Part shown: piece by piece, positions 1 through 8,892 of the stretch
Position numbering within the stretch: the stretch's first letter is position 1
How the letters are laid out: the number at the start of each line of letters is the position of its first letter
Assembly: GCA_035652395.1 (NCBI GenBank)
Contig: DASRDX010000012.1
Span: 23,861-87,860 of the forward strand
DNA from: Minisyncoccota bacterium
Lineage (GTDB): Bacteria; Patescibacteriota; Minisyncoccia; Phycocordibacterales; CAJBRS01
Reading direction: 5' to 3'
Length of the DNA stretch: 64,000 nt
The notes under the pieces: generated by a model
Seen by the model: the letters and a program-made list of their open reading frames with translations, nothing else
What the model was told of the DNA's origin: nothing
Database searches by the model: none
Translations under genes and position numbers: made by a program

Positions 1-757
1 TGATGCAGGCGATTAAATCGCGCTGTTCACACTTGGTTTCCCTATGACTCCACGCTTTTGGCGCTTAGTCGAACCGCATGCATCAACTCGTTGGCTCATT
101 CTTCAATAGGCACGCCGTCGAGGACTTGCGCCCTCTTCGACTCCTTGTAAACATATGGTTTCAGGTCTATTTCACAACCCTCACCGGGTTTCTTTTCACC
201 TTTCCCTCGCGGTACTAGTTCACTATCGATCACAAAATGTATTTAGCTTTGCCGGTTAGTTCCGGCGGATTCCCCCGAGCCATTCGTGTCTCGAGGTACT
301 CAAGAATAGCAATAAGAGATGTTTCGTTTTCACGTACAGGGCTATTACCTCCTGGGGCTTTGCTTTCCAGCAAATTCCGTTAACAAAACATTTTGTAACT
401 CTTTCAGTAATAAATACTAAATTGCTACCTTACAACCCCCAATCACCCAACGGAGTGCACTATTAAAAGTGCCTTCCGTTGGAAGATTAGGTTTGAGCTT
501 AATTCCTTTTCGCTCGCCGCTACTTAGGAAATGTTGCACTTGCGTGCATTGTTTTCTTTTCCTCCAGGTACTGAAATGTTTTACTTCCCTGGGTATGCAT
601 TCCACTAGTTGTGGAATTTCTGCCGAAGCAGAAAGGTTTCCCTATTCGGAGATCTCCGGGTCAAAGGTTGCTAGGCACCTCACCGAAGCATATCGGAGCT
701 ACGCACCGTCCTTCATCGCCATTTTGTGTCAAGGCATCCACCATATGCTCTTAAATT
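1..757 (-). rRNA. rrl: 23S rRNA, 5' ~750 nt (gene continues beyond window start)
   Basis: Reverse complement of 690-760 reads ...TTAAGAGCATATGGTGGATGCCTTGACACAAAATGGCGATGAAGGACGGTGCG..., the conserved 23S 5' domain. Further in: ...CCGGAGATCTCCGAATAGGGAAACC... and ...GAACCGACTAAG... GGGAAACCAAG..., matching 23S domain I/II. The 5' end is placed by similarity only. Confidence 0.88.
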
Positions 758-1196
758 CCCATTAGGAAATTTAAAAATCATTACTTATTAAACAACCACT
801 GCTTAATAAGTTATTTGCTTGTTTATTTTTTAGTTGGTTGGATTTCGCAAAGCGAAATCCAACTTACCTGCCCTTATCAGATTCTTGAGAAATCCAATAA
901 GGTTTGTTCAATCAACTTCTCTCCGAAATTAATTGAACTATTATCTCCGTTACTTAAAAGACCCTCTGTTAAAAGGAGTAACGTGATAATCATTTAATTT
1001 TCAAAGTGTCTGTCGGCCAGAAGGTCTCAATTTGAGACGAAAAAAACCGCTTTTCTAGCGGCTTGTTAAGACCACGCATCAAAAGACGCCTAGTCTAGCC
1101 GCTTATGAAGTTAGGGTTTTTAAACATAATCTGTATAGAGGCATTATATACTCTTGAAGAAGGTTGTCAAATAAGGCTATATTGAGCCTTTTTAAT

Positions 1197-1232
1197 AAAA
1201 GAGCGGCCCGCTTCGCGGGCCGCTCTTTTATA
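1197..1232. terminator. Bidirectional rho-independent terminator hairpin
   Basis: aaaaGAGCGGCCCGCttcgGCGGGCCGCTCttttat: an 11-bp GC-rich stem with A/T runs on both sides. It lies just downstream of the minus-strand CDS ending at 1337. Confidence 0.6.
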
Positions 1233-1336
1233 TACTCCTAGTGAAACAAAACGGTTATTCTAAATGGTCTGGCCGACCTTAAATAGAATCAGCCGGAGAT
1301 CCGAGGACCTTTAAAATAACTGTTTTGTGGAACCTC

Positions 1337-2041
1337 TTATGCTCCCATGCCGTTATTTCGATCCGAAATCTCATTTCTAACTTTATCAATGTATCGAGCT
1401 GCCGCATCCTGACCTCCGAGGCCGAAAGCCAAACCGAAAGCCAAAGACAGAGCCACCACTACTCCCATAAAGAGAGTCTGGATTAAGGAAACTGCGATAC
1501 CAAGCTGCACCAAAGCGGTCAGAATGGCAAAGATCCAGATAGCCCACTTGGCAATGCTGCCAAGAAGATTGGCGTGACTAAGACGAGCTGCTTTAGCGGA
1601 AGCGGAAACAATTCTCTGAACTGCCTGTGCGATGACAACGGCCACCAAAAGAATTAAGACGGCCACGATCACTTGCGGCAAGTAATTCAACACCACGTTC
1701 TTCAGGAAGTCAGTCACTTGAGTCAAGCCTAGAACCTCAAATGAAGCCAAGAGGAAGACAACAATGATGAACCATTTAATCAATCCTCCGACAAAAGCAC
1801 CTGAATTAAGAAGAATGCCCCCTCGATTCAGAGTATTTTCTACTCCGGCACTTCGAAGAGCGTTATCAATTTTCATCGCTCGGAAAGCTTCTCGGACTAA
1901 CTTATCAATGAAGACTCCGATCAACCAGCCGATGACAAAAATGACAATGGCGATAATAATGTTCGGGATGAAGCTAACGATGCCGTACCAAAGATTGGTA
2001 AAGGACGCCACTAAAACGTCACCCCAGGTATTTGTAACCAT
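1337..2041 (-). CDS. Integral membrane protein with repeated hydrophobic 'conserved TM helix'-type segments (MscS-related family-like)
   Basis: 234-aa ORF, 6-7 predicted TM segments with repeated LLxxxxxxLIxxxxVVFLL-like blocks. Family assignment is tentative. Confidence 0.4.
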   Translation of the reverse strand: MVTNTWGDVLVASFTNLWYGIVSFIPNIIIAIVIFVIGWLIGVFIDKLVREAFRAMKIDNALRSAGVENTLNRGGILLNSGAFVGGLIKWFIIVVFLLASFEVLGLTQVTDFLKNVVLNYLPQVIVAVLILLVAVVIAQAVQRIVSASAKAARLSHANLLGSIAKWAIWIFAILTALVQLGIAVSLIQTLFMGVVVALSLAFGLAFGLGGQDAAARYIDKVRNEISDRNNGMGA

Positions 2042-2175
2042 ATTTTTAATAATTAATCATAAATTTAGATAGAAGGGGTCGACCGCCCTTCCCTAGCGTT
2101 CTACTTATAATTATACCCCTTTAATTCTATGGCAAAAAGCCCTGAATTCGAATGTCGGACAATGAAATGTACTTA

Positions 2176-2763
2176 TTAGGAGAGATTCCCAAACTTATCC
2201 AGAAGTACCTTGTGAGGATAGTCCAGAATGTCCCGCAGCAATTTATCCCCAAAATTAAGACGATATTGGAATTCCGAAGTCTCCAAAGCCACGTATTTCA
2301 TCTCTTTGCCGATTTCAGCCTCCAATTTTTTCATAATATTTTCCAGAGCCCGGCCTTTGATCCGGTCTGCCACAACTAAAAGATCGGCTCGGCTGTCCCA
2401 ATCCTGAATAAAGACTCCGGCGACAACTACTACTTTCAAGCGGCCAATTTTAGAAAACTTTTTTAAAACGGAGTCCGGATCAATCGAATCGGTATGGATT
2501 AAGAGATTTTGGAGAGGAGCCAAATGAGGAAATTCCGGATTAAGATACCAGCCTTTGATGCGTCGTTTTTTTACTTTGAGAGACTTCCGCTTAATCAAAG
2601 AAGATTTCTCTAGGCTGTTAATTTCCCTTTTGACTATAGGCAGTCTTAATTTAGTTCTAATGGCAGCCTCTTTGGTTTCAAAAATATTGTTGGGGTTAAA
2701 CAAAAAGAGCCGCATCAATTTCACCCGAGCTTCGGTGCCGAAGAGGTTGGAGAGAATATCCAT
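2176..2763 (-). CDS. Hypothetical protein (N-terminal wHTH-like segment)
   Basis: 195-aa ORF with good coding character and no recognised catalytic motif. Confidence 0.45.
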   Translation of the reverse strand: MDILSNLFGTEARVKLMRLFLFNPNNIFETKEAAIRTKLRLPIVKREINSLEKSSLIKRKSLKVKKRRIKGWYLNPEFPHLAPLQNLLIHTDSIDPDSVLKKFSKIGRLKVVVVAGVFIQDWDSRADLLVVADRIKGRALENIMKKLEAEIGKEMKYVALETSEFQYRLNFGDKLLRDILDYPHKVLLDKFGNLS

Positions 2764-3089
2764 ATCTTTATGATACTGAAAACTCCCCAGAACACAAAGG
2801 TGTTTTGCACAAATTAAAAACCTCGACTAGCGAGGTTGGTGATACGGGTCATGAGAAATTCGATGTTTTAATTCCCAAACCCGCAGAGCAGCTAAAAGAA
2901 GAGCCTTGGTGCGTGTTAGGCTGCCTGCGGCGGCCAAGTGGGGCGTTTCAGCAGCAGTTTTGGATTCTGAAGAACATTTCATTTTTCTTGACTTTCGGAT
3001 TCGTACTTTAGCCGGCTCGCTTTCAGGAAATTTAGATTTCATTCTAATAGAATGTATTAGCAAATTAGAAAGAGATTTGCAAACCGATA

Positions 3090-3124
3090 ATCTTAAAAAG
3101 AAAAGGCGCCGTGCGGCGCCTTTT
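3090..3124 (-). terminator. rho-independent terminator after rplL
   Basis: AAAAGGCGCCGtgcGGCGCCTTTT hairpin 30 nt downstream of the rplL stop, followed by a T-run on the minus strand. Confidence 0.6.
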
Positions 3125-3150
3125 GCTTTTTCTGATTACTTTGAAAAAAC

Positions 3151-3570
3151 TTACTTCAATTCTACCTTTCCTCCGGCTTCCTCAATTTTCTTCTTTACTT
3201 CTTCCGCTTCTTCCTTTTTCATTCCCTCCTTAAGAAGGGCTGGGGCGGCATCTACCAAATCTTTCGCTTCTTTGAGACCTAGAGTAAGCACTTCTTTCAC
3301 CACCTTAATAACAGCGATTTTATTAGCTCCGCCATCGGCCAGATGAACGTTGAAGGTGCTCTTCTCTTCCGCTGGAGCGGCGCCCGCAGCGGGGCCGGCC
3401 ACAGCTACTGCTTGAGCCGAGACTCCGAATTTCTTCTCCAAGAATTTTACTAATTCATGAAGTTCCAATACAGTCATCTTCTCGACGCTTTCTACTAAAG
3501 ATTTAAACTGAGCAGGAGTTTCTACTTTCTCTTCGGTAGCAACTGCTGCATTTTTATTTTCGTCTGCCAT
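3151..3570 (-). CDS. rplL: 50S ribosomal protein L7/L12
   Basis: MADENK...[15 protein letters not shown]...AAPAEEK...[20 protein letters not shown]...GGKVELK. Start chosen at MADENK, internal to the 150-aa track ORF. Confidence 0.9.
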   Translation of the reverse strand: MADENKNAAVATEEKVETPAQFKSLVESVEKMTVLELHELVKFLEKKFGVSAQAVAVAGPAAGAAPAEEKSTFNVHLADGGANKIAVIKVVKEVLTLGLKEAKDLVDAAPALLKEGMKKEEAEEVKKKIEEAGGKVELK

Positions 3571-3574
3571 AGTT

Positions 3575-4066
3575 TTATGATTGTTTTTTATCGGCGATTG
3601 CATTCAAGGATACGACTAATCCGGCAATCGGTGAGTTAATAATATTTACGAACTGAGCATAGAGAGTTTGAAGCGGCGGAATGGAAGCAATGGAAAGCAT
3701 TTCTTCTTTGCCTTTGTATTTCCCTTCAAAGATGCCGCCAAGAATAGAGAGTTTCTGATCAAATTTCTTCTGAAATTCATAAATTTCTCGAGCCGGCGAC
3801 AGTAAGTCGTCGCCGAAGGCAAGTCCTAATTCCCCTTCTAACAATGGCATTTCCCCTTCAAATTTCTCTCCTTCCAAAGCCTTCTTAGTCAGCGTTTTCT
3901 TGGCCACCATATAATTGACTCCTTTACTTCGGAGTTCTCGGCGCACGGCCGTTGAGTCAGCCACGCCAAGACCGTGAAAGTTTACAAAGACTACTGACTT
4001 GGCGGTTTTGACCGCATCAGTCACCTTCTTTAAAATCTCCTGCTTTTTATTTTTTGAGATAGGCAT
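3575..4066 (-). CDS. rplJ: 50S ribosomal protein L10
   Basis: Classic L10 organisation immediately upstream of rplL. The ~130-nt structured leader upstream is consistent with the L10 leader. Confidence 0.88.
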   Translation of the reverse strand: MPISKNKKQEILKKVTDAVKTAKSVVFVNFHGLGVADSTAVRRELRSKGVNYMVAKKTLTKKALEGEKFEGEMPLLEGELGLAFGDDLLSPAREIYEFQKKFDQKLSILGGIFEGKYKGKEEMLSIASIPPLQTLYAQFVNIINSPIAGLVVSLNAIADKKQS

Positions 4067-4259
4067 TTTATTTCAGCTTATAGCTATTCTCGACCTTAAG
4101 GCTCCAACAAAAAATCCGCGAAGGCGCGGAATTGAGAAGCAAAAACCTGCGGTTTTTGCCTTTACCTCGAGAGGGCTTATCTGGTTTTCTCTCCATCGCC
4201 TCTTGTCTTTGGCCTTGTAAAAATTAGTATAGTCAAAAAAGAAAATGTGTCAATTATTA

Positions 4260-4805
4260 TTATTTTCCCATTCTTTCATTCTCTTTCTCTTTCTCTTTCT
4301 CTTTCTCTAAGATTTCATATTTATTACCAGCCACATTAGCGCAAAGTTGAATAAAGGAGGCGACTCCAGAAAGAGCCAAGAGTAAAAGAACGATATAAGT
4401 AACCGGAGATAAGTAATACAAAAATAGCGCAATCATAGTCGTCCACCAACCAGTACACCAGACACACTCAATGGTCTCGGCAATAGCGCGGCGAATTCCG
4501 GGCTTGACACGAGTCTTGACAACCATCTTCTCCCCGCCTTCCACTGCCTCAACGATAGTCTTGTCGTATTGAAAGAGTTCCCGCTTCCAGCGCAAAATCT
4601 TGTCATAAGTTGCACCTCGAATCATCCGGAAACTCGCGAGCGCCACGAGCACTGCTCCCGAAAAAGTAATAGTTCGGGGCAGGCTGCCGTTTACTTTAAT
4701 TAAAATCCAACCAAGAATAATGGCCACGATCAAAAAGGCGCCGCCGGGGATGAGCATGTTATAGAAAATCTGCCTATCCTCTCCTTGAGATACTTTATTT
4801 TCCAT
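4260..4805 (-). CDS. DUF1360-like integral membrane protein (CxWCxGWW motif) with C-terminal (EK)n tail
   Basis: 181 aa, 3-4 TM segments, motif CVWCTGWWTT typical of DUF1360. The C-terminus EKEKEKEKENERMGK is encoded by a hexanucleotide repeat. Confidence 0.5.
   Translation of the reverse strand: MENKVSQGEDRQIFYNMLIPGGAFLIVAIILGWILIKVNGSLPRTITFSGAVLVALASFRMIRGATYDKILRWKRELFQYDKTIVEAVEGGEKMVVKTRVKPGIRRAIAETIECVWCTGWWTTMIALFLYYLSPVTYIVLLLLALSGVASFIQLCANVAGNKYEILEKEKEKEKENERMGK
4278..4308. repeat. (CTCTTT)n hexanucleotide microsatellite, ~5 units, inside the 3' end of CDS 4260..4805
   Basis: ctctttctctttctctttctctttctct; encodes the (EK)n tail on the minus strand. Confidence 0.8.
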
Positions 4806-4841
4806 ACCTTAATTATAGCTCAAATAAATGAATAAATTCAG

Positions 4842-5279
4842 CTATTTAGACGCCGGATTTTGAAGAATCTTTCGGTTTTGCCAATAGGCTGCCGTCAGCA
4901 TTATTAGCACAAATAAGAATAATGATATCCCCAGATAAACCAATCCCGGATCAAAGCAGATGGCCCAGCAGCCGGTTTGTTGGTGGTAGGCGTAATATAG
5001 GAAGCCGGCTAAGGGAAGATAAATTAGAGTTCCGATTAAAATTTTTGCCCGAAAAACCCTAGAGAATCTTGCCGTTAAAGTCATGGCTGTTAAGAAACCG
5101 CACAAACCGAGCAAGAAACAGACTTTTTGGATTAAGAGAATGGTTTTGGAGGGAAGTTCGTTAGAGTAAAACAAATTGTCGTAAAGGAAGCCGGTAGCAA
5201 GAATAATAACAATCAAGCCGAGAGTTACTGAAATCCAATAATTACTTCTTTTGGCTAACTGATGAAAAGATTCGTTCAT
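4842..5279 (-). CDS. Small polytopic membrane protein (4 TM), hypothetical
   Basis: 145-aa hydrophobic ORF. Its start overlaps the upstream gene's stop by 4 nt (ATGA-type coupling). Confidence 0.5.
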   Translation of the reverse strand: MNESFHQLAKRSNYWISVTLGLIVIILATGFLYDNLFYSNELPSKTILLIQKVCFLLGLCGFLTAMTLTARFSRVFRAKILIGTLIYLPLAGFLYYAYHQQTGCWAICFDPGLVYLGISLFLFVLIMLTAAYWQNRKILQNPASK

Positions 5280-8200
5280 GAATTTGAATTCAGGCTATCC
5301 AAAAGCTGATTGAGCAAATCGATTAAGGCTTGCGCGTCAGCTTTGGAAATTTTTTGATGTTTGCCATGTTTACTCATTTTTGCTTCAAGCGTGGCATTAA
5401 ACGCCTTAATTTTCTTAGTAGCATTTTTAATTTTACCTTTATTAATTAATTTTAGTAAGTCATCGATTTTGTTTAAAATTTTACTGCGAAGGTTTTCCGA
5501 AATATCCAAACTTAAAACAAGTTTTCTAATTAATGTTAAGTAATAAGCGGGATCAATTTCGGTAGAGGCTGTGCTGCTCGCATCTATTATCCCGTCACCG
5601 TCCTCATCAATCAGTAGGACTGGAGGAGATGATGGAGAGGAAGTCGAGGAAATTACCAATTCGGCGCTAGTCATCGGCGTCACCGGAAGATCAGCGAAAA
5701 GATTGTCTATAATTTGGGTGTCGCCGTCGAACTTTCGTTCCTCTAGAGTAAAACTACCTACATCTAAACCGCTTAACTTGAAACGATAATCTCCGTCCGG
5801 CAGATCAAGATATTTCCCTTCCCCATTTTCCTGATAAGAGCTGTTTGGAATATTTTCCTCCGTAAATTGAAGATCGGTAGAAGGGCTGCTAGAGCTAGTA
5901 AGTCCGGTGTGATTACCGAATGCGTCATAGGCGTCAATAGAAACTGGAGAATGAACACTTATTTCCAGATTGGAGCTGTTATTAGACGTTGGTTTGTTAA
6001 GAGAAATATAGCTCGGCAAAGAGGATGTTCCCTTAATCAGGTTGGCAATTAATTCCTCCACCGGTTTGGTTTCCAGAAGAAAGGCGTGACTGGCATTTTG
6101 TTTATTATTGGAGTTGTAATCTCTGACATTCATATAAAGCTTGGTGCCTGTCTCACTAACGCTGTCACTAACCACCGTTCCATCGCCATCCATAGTTTTT
6201 ATTAACTGATGATCCAACTCGTAACTACAAGGAATAATCGCCAGAAGACAATGCTCTTTACCTAAGTATTCCAGACCATTGGTAGTATTGATGCCCCAAC
6301 CGGCAACCTCTACCACCTGAAGACCTGTCGGAGGAGTCCAGTTATCAAGCTGGCTATGAACGGTTTTGGCACTTGATAAAAGACCGGGGTTCAAAACGTT
6401 TGGATCTGAAATATCAAATTCAGATGGTTTACTTCGACCGTCTTTTGCCAGAAGAAAACTGGAGAGGTTCGAGAGATTATTAATATTGTTGCCGTAAATT
6501 TTCCGAAAGTTATTTATTTTATTTACTGAGGCGTCAAACTGAACGACCGGGGTATTAGTTTTGTTAAAATATTTCTGATTTGGAAGAAGGTTGTAGGCCG
6601 CGGGCATATTCTCTCCCAAACTTCGAGCAGTGGATTTGCTTAGACCAATCGGTAAATTTTGTTCATCACCATGAAGCAATCCTCCGATGACTTGCGGAGT
6701 GCCAAGCTCCGGCGAAGCGACCATCACTAAACGATCTACCAAACCGGCTTTATTTTTCTTTTTCAGAAAATCAATTAAGGCTTTGGCTAGAAGACCGCCA
6801 TTACTGTGAGCGACAATCGTTACTTGGTGGCTCTTGGAAGAGGAAGCTAGCCGATCAATTTCATCCGGAAGCGATATGTATTGATTATTGGCTAACTTAA
6901 TTCCATTTACGATCAGATCATTGTAGTCGCGTCGCCAATCATACGGAACAGCTTCCCAAGCGTTTATAGTTCCCCCTGTCACCAGAGTATTCATAAAATC
7001 CGAGAATTTTTGATAAACATCTTTGTCAAATATTCCGAAGCCGACATTAGTTTTGTTGATAATATCCCGCGTATAAATACTTTGGTCGAGTGCCTCACCG
7101 TGACTATCCATTTTTAATTTGTCGGCGTCGGCGTTTCTATTCGGCTCCCAAAGCTGGTTTTCGGTCAAGAGTCCCCGATTATAAAGACGGCTGGCCTCCA
7201 GCCCCGGCAAGAAGAGAACATTTGAACCGCTGGTGATTGAAGCAGTAGAAGTAGCAGCGCCGGCAAACGGATCAGTGGAAAGCCATGGACTATAGAGAAC
7301 ATTATCCGAAACTTGGTTGCCTGAGCCCGAGGGATTGGAACTCTGGTTGAAAGGTCCGCTTTGATCTCCCCACCAGATATTTTGGGCGAGCAAGCTCGGA
7401 CTACCAGTATAAATTAGACCGTTGTTGTTCTCTTGAATGCTGCTAGTGGAAACAACCAGAGAGGGATCGGCGAAGGAAAGGCCAGTCCCATTATTAATTA
7501 TCTGACTATTGGTGAGATTGACTTGGCCGTTTAGGAATTCTTCAATGCCATTATTCTTAAAATGACTGATCGTGGAAGAAGAGATGTTTATTTTGCTGTC
7601 ATTGTATATCATCAGGCCATCAGCTAAGCCCTTATCAACTAAACTATTTGTGAGATTAGCCTCAGAGGATTCATTTCGATAGATAAGGAGAGCCGAGAGG
7701 CCATTTAAATTGGAAAGCTTTGAATTACTTATAGAAAGTCCGCCATTATCGTAAGCAGTAATACTTCCCTGATAGGAAGTAGGGTTTATATTCTGAATAG
7801 TCGAACTAGAGATGGTAGCTTTCGAGTCATTAAAGACAAGAAAAGCCGATATGCCATTTATATTATTGATACTTGAGCTACCCAAAGTCAGGGCGCTGGA
7901 ATTGTAGACAGAGAAACCGCCAGATGAGTTCTCCAGACTGGAATTATTAAAAGAAAGAGTGCTGCTCCCATATGAGGTAAAGGCTGCTCCGGAGATATTT
8001 TGAAATTGACTATTGTTTACGGATAATTGACTGCCGTTTAAAGTTAGGACGCCTGAGCTTGTAGCAAACTGAACATTTTGAAAATCTCCAAAGGAATGCA
8101 GAAGGAAAAATCCGGAATTAGAATATCTCACCATAATATTCCGTAAGGAAAAAGTGATTGGGCTTTCAATAAAAGAAATACCACCCCAATCTCCGGCGCT

Positions 8201-8533
8201 TGGATTGCCGGTTCCGGTGCGCCCTCCGACAGAATTGTCATTTATTGAAGTGAAATAAATTTTATTGGCGGAAGAACCAACAGCATCCAAACCGCCGGCA
8301 ATAGTGAGACTCGCTCCCTGTCCGAATTTGACTATTGCTCCTGGCTCTATTACCAGCGTAGAACTAGCTGTTACGTAAAGAGGGCTGTTAACAAGGTAAG
8401 GACTTTCGGCCTTAGTCCAAGTAGTATTGACGTCGAGCGTACTACTTGAAACAACAGTGGAAGCCGACAAAGAAAACGGGAATAAAATTGCGGTTAATAA
8501 AACTAAAACTATCTTTTTAAATTGTTTTTTCAT
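5276..8533 (-). CDS. Large secreted multidomain protein: signal peptide + parallel beta-helix repeats + alpha/beta-hydrolase lipase domain (lipase class 2 / PGAP1-like GxSxG) + C-terminal helical/dockerin-like tail
   Basis: 1085 aa. N-terminal MKKQFKKIVLVLLTAILFPFSLSAS signal. Residues ~130-380 are N/S/G-rich degenerate repeats (NxSGxxFxxYNSSxLxLxxSxI) typical of right-handed beta-helix. VTIVAHSNGGLLAKALIDF is a nucleophile elbow and LVMVASPELGTPQ a second lipase motif. DEDGDGIIDAS is a Ca-binding-like loop. The K/L-rich alpha-helical C-terminus follows. Confidence 0.7.
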   Translation of the reverse strand: MKKQFKKIVLVLLTAILFPFSLSASTVVSSSTLDVNTTWTKAESPYLVNSPLYVTASSTLVIEPGAIVKFGQGASLTIAGGLDAVGSSANKIYFTSINDNSVGGRTGTGNPSAGDWGGISFIESPITFSLRNIMVRYSNSGFFLLHSFGDFQNVQFATSSGVLTLNGSQLSVNNSQFQNISGAAFTSYGSSTLSFNNSSLENSSGGFSVYNSSALTLGSSSINNINGISAFLVFNDSKATISSSTIQNINPTSYQGSITAYDNGGLSISNSKLSNLNGLSALLIYRNESSEANLTNSLVDKGLADGLMIYNDSKINISSSTISHFKNNGIEEFLNGQVNLTNSQIINNGTGLSFADPSLVVSTSSIQENNNGLIYTGSPSLLAQNIWWGDQSGPFNQSSNPSGSGNQVSDNVLYSPWLSTDPFAGAATSTASITSGSNVLFLPGLEASRLYNRGLLTENQLWEPNRNADADKLKMDSHGEALDQSIYTRDIINKTNVGFGIFDKDVYQKFSDFMNTLVTGGTINAWEAVPYDWRRDYNDLIVNGIKLANNQYISLPDEIDRLASSSKSHQVTIVAHSNGGLLAKALIDFLKKKNKAGLVDRLVMVASPELGTPQVIGGLLHGDEQNLPIGLSKSTARSLGENMPAAYNLLPNQKYFNKTNTPVVQFDASVNKINNFRKIYGNNINNLSNLSSFLLAKDGRSKPSEFDISDPNVLNPGLLSSAKTVHSQLDNWTPPTGLQVVEVAGWGINTTNGLEYLGKEHCLLAIIPCSYELDHQLIKTMDGDGTVVSDSVSETGTKLYMNVRDYNSNNKQNASHAFLLETKPVEELIANLIKGTSSLPSYISLNKPTSNNSSNLEISVHSPVSIDAYDAFGNHTGLTSSSSPSTDLQFTEENIPNSSYQENGEGKYLDLPDGDYRFKLSGLDVGSFTLEERKFDGDTQIIDNLFADLPVTPMTSAELVISSTSSPSSPPVLLIDEDGDGIIDASSTASTEIDPAYYLTLIRKLVLSLDISENLRSKILNKIDDLLKLINKGKIKNATKKIKAFNATLEAKMSKHGKHQKISKADAQALIDLLNQLLDSLNSNS

Positions 8534-8611
8534 GCGGTCATTATTGCGAATGACCCGTGAAAAGATTTTAAATGATAGTTAAAATCTTCATGAAATATGA
8601 AGAAGGAGATG

Positions 8612-8648
8612 AAAAAGGGCGGCCGTCAATTGACGGCCGCCCTTTTTA
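8612..8648. terminator. Palindromic terminator-like hairpin
   Basis: AAAAAGGGCGGCCGTCAATTGACGGCCGCCCTTTTT. Confidence 0.55.
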
Positions 8649-8792
8649 TTATTGATTGCTCTCTACGGTGCAACAGAGCTGACTTTCGGGAGAGACTGGC
8701 TGATAGCGACCAATGACTATAAACAGAGTGAAGCTAAAAAGCAGAATGATTAGGAAGATGGTAATGAATTTAAATGCGGTCTTATCAAACAT
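8649..8792 (-). CDS. Possible small hydrophobic peptide (47 aa), hypothetical
   Basis: MFDKTAFKFITIFLIILLFSFTLFIVIGRYQPVSPESQLCCTVESNQ; one TM segment, bracketed by two terminator hairpins. Too short for the ORF track; no clear SD. Confidence 0.25.
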   Translation of the reverse strand: MFDKTAFKFITIFLIILLFSFTLFIVIGRYQPVSPESQLCCTVESNQ

Positions 8793-8820
8793 AGCTTACT
8801 TTAATTCTAGCAAATAAAAC

Positions 8821-8848
8821 AAAAAGCCGCCCTTTCGGGCGGCTTTTT
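8821..8848. terminator. Terminator hairpin downstream of CDS 8893..10758
   Basis: AAAAAGCCGCCCtttcGGGCGGCTTTTT. Confidence 0.6.
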
Positions 8849-8892
8849 GTGTCTATCAGCTCTTGATAAATCAAGTTCTGATCACAAGTAGA

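Noticed and set aside
2906-3346. 146-aa plus-strand ORF overlapping rplL and its terminator
   Set aside because: Antisense to rplL; A/S-rich low-complexity translation. Judged spurious.
4260-4310. Short tandem repeat considered as a CRISPR array
   Set aside because: 6-nt units without spacers inside a coding region; a microsatellite, not CRISPR. No cas genes present.
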